Of a DNA stretch of 64,000 bases, positions 13,920 to 26,856 are shown piece by piece. A program made the position numbers and the translations under genes. Source of the DNA: Marsupella aquatica (taxonomy: Eukaryota > Plantae > Marchantiophyta); NCBI GenBank assembly GCA_973895155.1, contig OZ316891.1, positions 24,055,899-24,119,898 of the forward strand, in the 5' to 3' direction. The notes below the pieces were generated by a model. The model had not been told where the DNA came from. It ran no database searches and saw nothing but the letters and a program-made list of their open reading frames with translations. Position 1 is the first letter of the stretch, and every line of letters starts with the position of its first letter.

Positions 13920-14504
13920 TCAATTCCTACCATTCATTTCTAGAGTAACTTCCATTGAAGTTTCTTGTTGATAATTTCTGACTATGCTACCTTCACCTTC
14001 TTGGTCTTTCTCCTCCTTGAGAAATTCTGAGAGTCGTATTTTAATACGATCTATTGTTTTCTTGTAAAGAGTATCAGACCTTGTTAGCATAAAATTATAT
14101 GCAAAGACCATAGTTGAAGACAGATCAAGGTCTTGACAAAACCAAACTGGTTTCAAGGTTCCCTTGCCTCGTCCACTTTTCTTCTTCTTGTAACTCAACA
14201 CTTCTGGCAGATATTTTCCTTTCCAAGGATCGGATCCTTTCTTTGCTGCATGCCACAAAACTGAGATAATCTTTGGGATGTGAGCCTCATCGCGAAGAAC
14301 AATTTTTTCTACTTTAGCCACCCAAAATGATTCAGACTTCTCTCCGGCCACATAAATAAATGTGTTGATTTCCAAATCCAAAAAATCACCTTCCATATTC
14401 TCCTTCTCTGCATCTATCTTTTCTTGATTTTGATATGGACCAACATAAATTTCTCTAGTTGGACCGTACACTCTCTCTTCAATTTCTTCCTCATTCAATA
14501 TAGT
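13920..14504 (-). pseudogene. Element A transposase, C-terminal fragment
   Basis: 'ESFWVAKVEKI...LWH...GKYLPE...FAYNFML' is homologous to 50175-50597 of element B. Joins 29060+ in frame (AETLT-TILNEEE) across TSD ATAGT. Confidence 0.85.
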
Positions 14505-17228
14505 TATCACGCGATTGACATGGGTCTTAACACCAAAAACGTCACTATGGGTGCCAAAACCATCTCCTTGTACCTGAGGATCACGAAGGGATGTTGTGAA
14601 GGCCGGTAAACACCAGTTTATGCCCTTACACCAGACTATCATAGCAAGACTCTATCACACATCACCCAAGCTCAATCCCAAGGAACCAAGGTTGGGGATC
14701 AGATCTGTGCTCATGATAGTTCTGTGAGAAGGGGTCTTCATATCGGGCCCGTACACACAGGGCCTAGCGCTACGGTGCGCATAGGTCTATACATATGCTT
14801 ACTGTCATAGGTATGTTTCTATTCCGCCGCCAGAATGTACCCATAAACCAGTGACTCCTGACTGATTCCCGACTTAGGGACTTCTAAGCCATTGCCCCAC
14901 CACTCTGCCATTCCACTCTCAGCAATTAGAGCTATGATAGTCCTCACCCAGCCCGCTTCAATGCACCCTGTACACCTCTCAGTGGCGCTGCTAGTCCCAT
15001 CATACACTCAGATTGTCTCACACACACACACACATCCATGAGAGAAATGAGGTCTGAGAGGAAAACTCAATTAGATTCAAAGATGTGCACAATAGTTCAA
15101 TAAGAACACTTGATCCAAACACTAGGGCCGAAGGCTATCTCCTCCAGATTGTGACGTGCTTGCCCCGCAAGCCCCATGCTTGCCATGCAAGCTCAATCCT
15201 GAACCTGAGCCCGGCTCACTCTAGATTGCGACGACAGATTGGACTCAAACCAATCCCGTACTTGCCTTGCAAACTCAATCCTGAACTCAACCTCCTTCAC
15301 TGCACTTCATTCTTGGGGGCACATACAGATCTCACACCTCCAATTCAGAACGTCAAGTTATGCATGCATAGTTGACTCGACTTCAAAGCTGGTACTAGGC
15401 CTAACGGCGATCTACCCCAGACTGCAATGAGGCCCGGCCTCATGCTTGCCCTGCAAGCTCAGCTCTGGCCATAGATCCCTTAGTGCTCTCCACCAGACAA
15501 AGGCCGGGACTCCCCATGGATCACGCAACCTTGCCAGACTGAACTGTAAATGCTCCTCCTGCTGCCCCTCAATCAGTGTCTCAGCCTCCCTAATGTGCTC
15601 ACCACAAATCAAATTGAAATCCTCCCCACAGTTTACAATCACCAATACATCACCTATCACCAAGGCTCTGTATCGGGGAAAAGAACCCAATTGTGCTGCC
15701 CACTAGAAAGAGCCACAATCTAGCTCGCAAACCTAGCAACCCGTTGCTGTGAAGCTTGGCTGATTACTCCCTGAGTAATAGCACCACCAAGCTCTCCCCA
15801 ACACGCAGCGTCCAAGTCCGGCCTTGCTTGCACAGAGCTCCTCCCTGCTGCTCAGTCTACGTGAGATCACACAATTGAAGTTCCCCCCCTTGCCTCTACC
15901 GGGGGGCTGCTCTATATACTCTCATAGTGAGCCCAAATGGGTGGATACTACGCTACTGGAGCCCCATCCCAGCCCTAACAGAGCCACCACTATCTCTAAC
16001 TACTGAACCCTAACTCGCAACTTTATTTCTATCTCGAATTGGCTATGTACTTCGGATTCGGCCCTCCTCCATGGTTTTTGCGAGCTTGCGCCTCCTCTCC
16101 CGATTTCTCTATTCAACCATTTGCTGCGTGGATAGCAGCGTTGGAAGCGGCTTGAGCTCCTCTTTCCAACGAGGTCAATTATAGCCGATTTGGCCAAATA
16201 CACAGAAAGTTCTGCCCCCACAACCAAGAGGGGGTACTCATTGCTATGCTAACCCGAGTTACATAGCTAACCCGAGTTCGGCTAACCTAGCTATCCTATC
16301 TAACCCGAGTAGAGCTAACCCGTGGTCACGGGTGTGGTGCGCCCCATGACTCCCTAAACCCAAGAAACCCCCCAGCACAAGCCGATTCCCGCAGGTTTCG
16401 CGCTTGGCGAGGCCGTTTTCACGGCTTAGCGGCATGGGACGCTGCTAACCTCTTCCTCTACTACTATTAACATTTTACACACATATACTGGACAGATCCT
16501 TCATTGGGTCATGAGATACGTAGCCGGCCTAATCTAGGCCTTCCCTTGTCTTCCCCTCCTTTTGGTTAGGTATGTTTGGATTCCGCCGCCGGAATGATCC
16601 CCAATAGGCTTGGTTAAGCCGCTAAGACCTCTCTCAGCTCGACACATCCAACTCTCACTCCCTTGCTTACTTTCCTTTGATGTGGGCACTCTTCACACAA
16701 GTTAATGCAACACACAAATAGTAAAATGACTCCTTCTGACTGAGTCATCCCATGCACTTGCCATACAAACAGTACATCTCATACAAAGCTCTGCGAACTA
16801 AGTCGTGAGGCCAAATCTATTCAGCTCTTAGGCATGAGGAAACATGAATAATTATATACAAGGGTCACTGTATGACTAACCGAGAGCTTCTCTTACTACT
16901 TGATCCCAGCCCGGCTGGTGCAACTAAAAACTTGCTAAAGAAGAGGCCCTGAGCTCCCCGCTGCCCAGGTATTTATCCTGGTATTGGATCCGCCTAATTC
17001 TTTGCAGCGTAAGCCTAATCTACCTAACTAAATCTACCCATGTACAGCGAGGCAGAAGTACAAGCATTGCTCTTACCAGTGGAACCGCAATCCCACTAAG
17101 CTAAAGTGTCAAGGCCGCCTCCTGGTCCTGATCCTAATCCTAAACTTAGAGATCTGAGCCTGCCCTGCCCACTCACGCCTCCTCCCTCCACATCCGCCCT
17201 CCTTGAAAGGAGCGGCCCTCCACCACCG

Positions 17229-20200
17229 TCATGGCAGCGGTGTCTGTTCCTCAATGGACGCCCCCAACGTTTCCTCCTCAGCCACTGCCGTTGGCCCGTC
17301 TACTGACAAATTACCTACCCTTGACTGAGTCAACTCTTCATCGGCCTGACTGGGTCCACCCCCGGCTTTGGCCTCGACATCGGTTTTGGCATCAGCTACG
17401 GCTTCGGCCTTTGCTTTGGCCTTTGCCATGGCTTCGGCGTGAGCCAAGGCCTTGGCATCCCCCTCTTCTAGGGTAGTTGGATCCTCTGCCATGACCCTAC
17501 CTGGGGTCGGTGCTGGGTTTACCTCCTCGGTCACCTCGGCCTGTGGAGCCACATTACTCCTTGACCCATAAGTTTTCCGCTTCTTCTTCTTCTCTGGTTT
17601 GGTCCCTTCCCCTTCCCACTTACATCCGGCACTGGTGCAAGTGGCGCGGCTTGTCCTTCGGTCAGTACCACTCCTAGTAACTTGGTTGCCCCAATTGGAG
17701 TTGGGCCTGATGAAGCCAAGCACTTAAATAATGCAGCTTGTTTCTTCAGCCGCTCCGTTTGGTTGTCGGCTCGTCATTGTAAGTTCTCCAGCCTCCGCGT
17801 GCTTTCCTCCAACTCCTCTTGCACCTCGTCCAGGTCCTTGCGTGCCTCCTCCAGTTCTTTCTGGGATTCCTCCAGCTCCCTGTGGGCTTCCTTCAATTCC
17901 TTTTTCAAGGTAGCCCTCTCCTCCTGGGTTGCTCTTAGTTCTTTGTCGAGCTCCGTTACGACCACAGACTCCATTTTATTCATCTTAGCATAAGTCTGGT
18001 CGAGCTGGTCGTCTTTCTCCCGTAGGTCGGCCTTGAAGTTGGCCGTCAGGGACGCAAGCTCCTGCTGCAGCGCAATAATCCCTTGATAGGATTTCCCTAA
18101 CTCGGCCTCCTTCTGCTCAAGGGCTCCGCGGATATCCTTGAGCTTCCCCTTCAACGCCCTTTCCCTTCTCTGGGTCTCTGCCATGGGCCGGTTGTTGGCT
18201 GTTATGTGGGCCTCCTCTGCATCCCTCAGTTCTTGCTTCCACTTCTCCCGCTCCTTGATCGCATCGGCCAACTCTCCTTGGGTCCGCGTCAGTGTATTCT
18301 CGATAATCCGGTTATCTGACTGTGCGGTATCTAACTGGCCCTGCATGATATTTAGCTCATGCCGCTTAATCCGCAGCTCATCTTGGGCTTTCCTGGCCGC
18401 CCTCAGGTCTTCAATTTTGGCTTCCCTTGCCCTAAGCCGGCGGATGACCTCGTCCTTCTTGCTTCTTTCCAAGGCCATCGCTTCTTCTAATTGGCGTTTC
18501 TCCAACATCTCCCTCTGGAAAAAGGGTCCCTGCTCCAACTCCTCCCCAAAGATGCTGAGCGCCAATTCCCCACACATCTCCCCGTACTCCATGGCTCTAT
18601 CTTTAGCATAGGTGGAGGAAGTAGAAGTCATTGGCTTCTCCCGCTGTTCTCCTGGTTTTGTTGTGAACACGGCTTCACCTCTCATCGGTCTTGGTTCCTC
18701 CTCCAGCTCCCGTGTTGATCTCTTGTTCTCCTTGTTGTGGCCGGGAGCTACGGCCTGCTTCTCCTCGGCTTCGGGACTAGAGGCTCCTACATACATCCGG
18801 ACTCCCGGCTTGTGTTCCGTCCTCCTTCTCTCCTTGACTCTAGTAAAGGGGTTTTCCTTTGTAAGCCGGTTTAGGCCAACCTCTGGAGCAGTGTCCTGTA
18901 TTGTTGCCGTTGCCGTTGCCATTGCCGTTCTCTTTTCTCTCTCCAGCAATTTCAGCAGATTCTGCATGCCTGGTTGCTGCATCGGCAAGTCCTTCGTCCT
19001 TGGTCTAAACACCTGCTCGATTGTAGGACTGTCAGGTGGGTTGGGTTTCTCCATTGCCGGCCTCTGTTCCGGAACCTCCTCGGGTGCCCTTGCCTGTAGG
19101 GGAAGTACTGGGGCAAAGGTCTTACTTTGGGCATACCGACACAATAGCGGCATGTGATAGCCAAGCCGGGACACGCTTCCCTTGCCGATCACCAGCTGTT
19201 CCTCCTTCAAGATCTTCTTTAGTTGAGTGAGGAGGTAACCGTTGTAGTCTCGGCTTGGGTCTGGCCTCTCTGCCAGATAGACCTGTGCCTTGCCGATCTC
19301 TAGTCTCGGCCAGTTGCAATGCATGGTCACCCGCAAGAAATCAATCATCTCACCTATATGCGGGTTGGTGCAGGTGTTACGAAAGAAGCCATTCTTTGTT
19401 GAAGGCCCTGGAAACGACCTGAACTCCGTGTCTGGCAAGGTCTTCCTGGTATCTACCTTGGTCTTATTGCCCATTGGCAAGCCGAACACTTCGGAAATCA
19501 CCTGGGGAGTGAGATAGAAATCCTTCCCATACACCCGTGTGGAATTGGTCTCGGACTCCCATGATCCCACGAATTCAAGGAAGTCTGAATTCGGTACCTC
19601 CGGCTTCAGCCACGGTAACCTTACGAAGGCTTCCAAGCCGGATCCGGCCATGAAGCCCTGATATTTCCGAGTCTGCATAGCCGTAAAGCATGCATCCTCC
19701 TCCCTTGCAAAGTGTAATTGGACCTCCTCGGGGAGGATCGCCGCCCAGCCTTTCCAGGTGTCATCTCTCGTTGGAATGGCGTTGATGGGGTCGACCTCCT
19801 CCTCCTTGGCTTCTCTCTGCCTCCTGCTCTCCTGTTCGGCTGGCTTCTTTGGTGCCGCTGACCTCGTTCTTTTTGCCGGGGTGGCCCCTTCATTGTTGTT
19901 TCCCTTTCTCTTCATCTCGGCTGCCGTGGATGTCTCTCCTAGCACGGTTGCCTTTGTCCACCCCTTTGTGCTACCCTTCAACTCCTAGTGTATGTCGTTG
20001 CAGCATTTGATGGCTTCGCGGATGCCGACGACTTTGTCTTCGCAAAACAGCAGGTCGTCTAGCTCGTTACCGGTAGGAGTCCACAAGAATTCGGCCTTGA
20101 TGAGTTCTCCTCCTAAGAAGGCAGCTTTTGGCAGTTCCCACAATCGAGCGAGCTCCTGCCGTTCTTGAGCTGCTCTCTCCGATTCTTTGTCCTCGTAAGT

Positions 20201-20529
20201 CCCAATGTACCCAGTTGCCCGTTCGAATAGGCATCCCCAAAAATGTGCCGCTTGATTGACGTTGCTCATACCCTTCTCGAGTTGATAGTTGGTATCTGCT
20301 CCCACCCTGAGTACCTGCCTAAGCAGTTGACAGTATTTGGCCACCCGTAGTCGTCTGCCCAGTTCGTGCCTGCAAATGAGCCACAACTCCTTGCGAGCGG
20401 TCCTTACCCCTCTTCTCCTCGACGTCTCTCTTTCGGTCGTGACCCCTAGCCGTGGTACTTAGCGTGCCCTAACCCTAATCTTGTTCTCTCCCCTGGCGTC
20501 CTCACTTCCGGCCTCGGCTCGGGTTCCAT
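17229..20529 (-). pseudogene. Long ORF inside the gypsy 3' LTR (plant-transposon-protein-like domain + coiled coil)
   Basis: ORF pieces 19985-20386, 17774-19981 (735 aa) and 17229-17723. The N-terminal part is open in the 5' LTR copy (26996-27991). Confidence 0.75.
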
Positions 20530-20633
20530 CGTCACCCTTAATTGTTTATATTTTCCTTATTTTTGTAACTAGACTAATGTGTTTCTAGGGTACTCTTCCC
20601 TTTTCCACTTTAAACTAACCCAGTGATTCCTGG

Positions 20634-23600
20634 CTAGGCATCACATAGCTCCCCACTTAATTGTGAAGCGTCCTCGCAAACAACTTCATCTTCGTCCATA
20701 TAGTATTTCTTGAGGCGGTCGTAGTGAATACGAATTGGGTACACCTCTCCGGTAATGTTGGCCAATTGTACAGAGCCATTGGGGAACTTCTTTGATACCC
20801 TGAAAGGTCCTAGCCAGCAAGTGTAAAGCTTCCCTGGAAACTTACTATACCTACTGTCATAAAGTAATACAAGGTCTCCTGTGTGAATACTAACTACTTT
20901 CAACTTTTTATCATACTGCTGCTTCATGATATTCTGTCTATATTCTACTCTCTCGGCTGAAATCATTCTTGCCTCCTCTAAAGCTTCTAATCTATATTCT
21001 CGCTCTTTCAGGCTTCCCTCCTCAGAGACTCTTTCCTCAATGGTAACTTGAAATGTTGGTATCTCAAGTTGCATGGGTACCAGAGCTTCCTGTCCAAAGG
21101 TTAAGAAAAAGGGTGTATGACCGGTAGTGGATTTATAGGCTAAATTGTAAGAAAAAATGGCAGCAAACAATTTATCATCCCAATCGAGTTTGTTCTGAGC
21201 TACTGTCTTGTTCAATATCTTTCCTATAATCCCATTGGCTCGTTCTGTCAATCCATTTGCCTTTGGGTGGTAAGGAGTGGTAGGCCTATGTCTAACTAAA
21301 TACTGCTCATTTAAACGACTAATTATATCATTCAGAAAATTCTATCACTAACTAATTCTAGGGGTGCTCCATACCTGGTGAAGATCTGCTCATACATAAA
21401 TCGAGCTGTAGTAATTGCATCATCCTTCGTTGTTGGCCTAGCCTCCACCCACCTAGTTGCATAATCCGTGGCTAGGATTATGTACTTGTTTCTCCGAGGA
21501 TGGGTTAATGGTTTCAGCGGTCCAATGTAATCAATACCCCACTTCTCAAATGGTGCCAGAGGTAGAATAGGGTGCAGTGGATGTCTTGTAGACGCCCTTG
21601 GTCCTCCTGCTCGCTGACAAGGATCACATTGTTTGATGAACTGATAGACATCCTTGTGCAAGGTGGGCCACCAGTAACCGGCATTTAATATCTTTTTAGA
21701 CATGGTTACTGGAGCAAAATGTCCTCCGGCCTCTTCTCCATGCATAGCCCGTAAGACTCGTTTTACCTCTCTCTCTTCTAAACACCTTTGGATAGTGCCG
21801 CTGATTCCATACCTGTGTAGCACACCCTTAATGTACTGATACTGTCTGACCTTCCGCAGGAAGACTGCGGCTTGTTCTCGGGTTAGCCCTGGCTGTAATC
21901 TGGACGTGCTGAGAAATTGCAAAATCTTCGGGTACCATGTATCAGTTATTTCCACAACAAATAGCTCCTCGTCGGGGAATCAATCATCAATGCAATCCGT
22001 GGCTGGTTCACCTGTGATCCTTGAAAAGAAGTCGGCATTGGCGTGTAGCTTTCCCGGCTTGATCTTTAGCTCATAGTCAAACTCCTGTAATAGCAAAATC
22101 CATCTTGCTACCCTGCCTGTAAGGTCCGGCTTATTTACTAGGTACTTCAAACTTTCATGATCGGTATGAAAGATTACCTTGTACCCCAACAAACAATGCC
22201 TAAACTTTTTACATGAATAAATGACTCCTAATGCTTCTCTTTTTGTGGTGGAGTAGTTCCGTTCTGCATCGGCAAGCTGACGGCTTGCAAAGTATATGGG
22301 ATGGTCCCTCCCTTTCTCATCCAACTGACTTAGTACTGAGCCAATACAGAAGCCTGAGACATCTACAAAGACATGAAAATCCTTGTTCCAGTCTGGTGCT
22401 ATCATGACTGGGGCCTCTACTAACATCTGCTTCAATTCCACCACTGCCGTTACTCGTTCTGGTGTGGGTTCGAAGTCTGCACCTGCCTTGAGCATGTTGG
22501 TTAATGGTAAAGCTAGCTTGGCAAAATCCTTGATGAAGCGGCGATAATAACCAATGCACCCCAAGAAGGATCTTACATCTTTTATGTTCTTAGGTTGCAT
22601 GATATCCAGCCATACTGCTAGCTTACCTTTGTCAATTTCAATGCCTTTCTTTGATACCTTGTGACCTAGTAGTACCCCCTCTGTTACTCCAAAGAAACAT
22701 TTATCGGGGTGTAACTTGAGACCTACCTCTCTGCATCTCATGAAGGTCTTCCTTAGATATTTAGCATGTTTCGATGCCTTCCCGAATACTGCAAAGTCAT
22801 CAATGAAGATTTCCATGAACTTTCTCAAGTAATCATGGAAAATGTTCACCATCAATCGTTGAAACATAGCTGGTGCGTTACAGAGTCCAAACGGCATACG
22901 ATTGAAGACATAGATCCCCCATTCCGTGATGAAGGCTGTCTTGATTTGGTCCTCCTGCCTAATCCTGATTTGGTTATAACCAGAGTACCCATCCATGAAT
23001 GAATATAGTTCATGACTGGCTACCATGTCTAGTACCACATCAGTAAAGGGTAAAGGAAAATGGTCTTTTAACTTTGCTTCATTCAGCTTCCTGTAATCCT
23101 GACAAACCCGGATCTTGGGTTTACCATCGGGTCCAGCTTTCTTGGGAACTATCACAATTGGAGACACCCAGTCTGAATGCAGGACTGGAGTGATGAATCC
23201 GGCTTCCAGTAGTTTGTCGATTTCCGTTTTGACCATCAGGGAATACTTAGGGTTCATCCTTTGAATCGGTTGTCAAAATGATTTGGCTCCTAACATGAGA
23301 TCAATTCGGTGTTCTCCCAGTTTTGGGTCTACTCCTTTCAGATCTTGATGACTCCATGCGAACACACCTTGAAATTCAATTAGTAATTCACTGATCTCTT
23401 TCTCCAGCTCAGGTGCTAGGTCCCGCCCCAAGTTCAGTTCCCTTCCTTCTCCTAAGTCGAGCTTCCGGTATTGCCGTGCTTGGATCATATTAATCTGCTT
23501 CTTCAAATTTGGGTCCAACCCGGCCTCCAACCTCTCCAGTCTCATACCTCCATAGACTAGAATCTCGGCAGTACTAGCCGAGTCGGTTTCTTCCTTGGTG

Positions 23601-26599
23601 TCCCCAGATTGTCCCCTTGCCGGTCTATCTGGTTTTGAATTGGTAGTTGGCTTTCCTTCCTGCCTCGGCTCTAGATTGTGTATGTGCATCTCATCTGTCT
23701 CTTCCTCCTGAGGGTCAGGCCGTTGTGCTCTCCCGGCTTCTACTAGGGCCTTAATTTGTTCTGCCCTCGTAATCGGCTTGTATGCCGATCCCTTGGTTTT
23801 TAACTCCTTGCCGATGATAGATGGCGTTGTGGATCTTGCCGGCTCTGCCACAACGCCTGAGGAAAATCCACCGTCTCAGGTATAGCTCCCCACTTAGCCG
23901 TTTCCAACTGGCTTACCTCTTGTGCTTCCTCCGGAATTGAAGCTAAAAAGGTGGACTCTATGGCAAAGCAGTCCTCAGCTTCATCGTCACAATCCTCCAA
24001 GTCACCTTCCGTAGGTTCTTGCCATAGTCCGCTGGGGGATACCTCTGGTCCAAAGACACCTTCTTCGGTTTGGTCAGCGAGGCATTCTAGCCATCGTACC
24101 TCATCGGCTGATTCCAGTCCACTGTCGTACCCGTCTACCTCCCTGATGCTTCTTCGGCGGTCATCCTTGGTATCCCAGGATACCATGATAGAAGGGGTCC
24201 CAAAAGTGAACTCCTTCTTACCCCAATCCTCTATTACCTTGGCTAGGTATAGCCATGGCCTACCAATCAACAGCCGGAATGACGTAGGATTTACCGGCTT
24301 CATTACTACATAGTTAATGCTAAAAAAGATACCTCCTATCTCTGTCTTGATGCCAGTTAATACTCCCATGGGAATGACCTGATACCCATTGGCCATGTTC
24401 AACACTCTTCCAGTCATCTTTGGTGTTAGACCCCACCCCTTTGCTGTTGAATCAATCATAATACATATCCCTGATCCTCCATCGATGGGTACCCGAAGTA
24501 ATAATTCTTCTTGAATCATTAATGGTAATGATGGGGCTCCTTGATCTTCTTCTATCATCAGCACATCGGATCTGGTTGCTACCTTGGGTAATCTCGGTTT
24601 GCCGAGAATTGGCTTTCTTAACTGCTTCCAGAAGTACGGGCTATTTTTCAATAGTTGACCAACTGTTGCCGAGACTCTAGATTCTAGCACATCTTTAGCC
24701 AGGTCATAGGGAACTATTGGCTTCTCTTCTGGCAGTGTCTTTATCTCAACTTTGGCCTGTTTCTTCACGCTGATTTCCACAGCCGTTGGATCCTTCGAAG
24801 CAAAACAGTGCTTTTGCTCATTCCACATCCTTGGCTATGGCTTCAGTGTTCTCCAGGGTTTCTAATTCTTGCAACTGTTCCTTAACACTAGCCGTGATAG
24901 ATGGGTAGAACAACTTTGGGTGATCTTGATTGAAATCGCTGTCTTGTGAAGGATTGGGGTCACTGTTGAGCTCATGGCTTACCTGTGTTGCCGGCGCCTT
25001 TCCTTCTCCTTCCGTTGATGTTGACGAAGAGTCAATCTTCTCTTCTTTATCCTTCCCTTTATTTTTGGCCAGCCCATCCCATCTTTCCTTCCTTCTGGTG
25101 GATCGAGTAGAGACCCGGTAGCAATCATGATCCATATCCTCTTCTGAAAATGTTGATAGGGCCTCGGTCTCATCATCAGATGGTCCAAACTCTGCCTCGG
25201 CATCCACTTGCCATCCGAGCTCGATGTGGTTGATTTGAACTCCTCCAGGGGTAGTACCTGGCGGCAAGACCTTGACCGGCAAGAGCTTATGATTTGCGGC
25301 CAATCCTGCCAACCAAGTAGGACATTGTCCTAGCATGTGACCCTCCTGTCGGCATCCCATACATAGTTGAGCTGGCTGTCCATCACCTTGTTTGCGTGCA
25401 TTCGGGCATTCTCTAGCAAAATGGCCAGGTTGACCACAGTTATAGCATGCCGCAAATCTTTGCACATTCGGCCTAGGAGGTACTGACGGATTCTGAATAA
25501 TTCGAGGATACATCTCTCCTGGATTGTTCCTTAATCCAGACCAGAGAGATGCAGGTCGGTTGGATAGGTCTCGTGCTCCAGTCTCACTAATGCCGAAAAC
25601 ACTATCAGCGGCATCTCCTAGAAAGTATTCTACTTCTCCTTGACATGGTCTGACTTCAGCCACATGCCGAACATGACTAGTATTGAGCTTAGGACATGCA
25701 TCTTTATGGTGTCTGGTTTTATAACATAAGGCACACCATACAGAGCTATCCTCCTGCACTACTTTCTTCTTCGGCTTTGCCTCTGCTATTATAGCTTTAA
25801 GCTGCTCGGTAAGGGCTACGATGTTATCTGGTGGTTTAGCCTCCAGATTGACTTTTGTCTTCCCTCTTCTTCTGCCCTTCCTTTTCCTAGTTTTTTCTTC
25901 TTCAGAACTAGAAGATGACTCACTCTTGCTACCTCCACTATCCGAGCTTGAGTTATCACTTCTTGACTTCTTAGAGTGTTTCTTTTTCTTATCCTTTTTC
26001 TTATGGGGTGATCCTTCCTCCGATGAGGAACTCTCAGACTTAAGTTGTTTCTTCCGGCTTGTGATATCTGCATTAATGTATAATTGAATATCTTTAATTG
26101 CCTCGGCTAAAGTCTCTGGGTTCTCCTTCCTTATTGCAAAACTCATCTTCTGTGGCAAAGCATTCACCAACCATTGAAGTTGCATACCTTCCGATGCATT
26201 GGTCTTTGTACGTCTTACCAGTTTCTGAAAGCGTTGCAAGAACTTCCTGAAGGATTTGTTCTCCTTGAACCGAAGTCGGCCCAACTTCAGCACTGCCAAC
26301 TCTGAAGTTCCAATGGGTCAAAACTCCCTAACAAATAGTGTTTTGAAGATATCCCAGATGGCTTGATCTTCCACATTCAATGCTCTGTACCAAGGCCTAG
26401 CCTCACCCTTGAACAGGCCGGGAAGAATCTGCATCTTGATGGCCGATTCTCCGTTTGCTGCAGCGGTTCCTTCAAAATCATCCAACCATTCGTCCGGATC
26501 CTCATCTCCTCTCCCATGAAACGCCTTGTAATGAATGCGCAACTGTTGGCTCAGTCTGGTCCCTGGCCTATCATCTGGCCGTGCTTCAGGTTCCCCCAT
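20634..26599 (-). pseudogene. gypsy gag-pol (fragmented)
   Basis: gag FHGRGDEDPDEWL, CCHC CYNCGQPGHFAREC, protease IDGGSG, RT FIDD, RNase H FVDVSG/HTDH, integrase HHCC and WGIDYIGP; several frameshifts and stops. Confidence 0.93.
20646..20660 (-). promoter_or_regulatory. Polypurine tract of the gypsy element
   Basis: TTAAGTGGGGAGCTA immediately 5' of the 3' LTR on the minus strand. Confidence 0.7.
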
Positions 26600-26839
26600 G
26601 TCGGTTGGGTACTCGTTTCTTCCTACCGACTCTTCTTCTGGTATCTCTTCTTTGACGCCACTCCCAGCTTCGGAGCTACCAGCTCTTTCTGCCCCTCTCA
26701 GTCGTTGTGTATCATGCCACCCGGCGAGCTACTGCAGACGAGCTCTCTCCCGTTGAATCGCTCTTTCCTCCCTTGGCGTACGTTCAGTCATTACCTACGC
26801 TTCTTTCCTAACTTCATATCTCACGGCTTAAGAAATGCT

Positions 26840-26856
26840 CCCTCCATCTAGCGCCA
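26840..26856 (-). promoter_or_regulatory. Primer-binding site, likely tRNA-Asn
   Basis: TGGCGCTAGATGGAGGG just inside the 5' LTR; matches, from memory, the 3' end of plant cytosolic tRNA-Asn with one mismatch. Confidence 0.65.
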
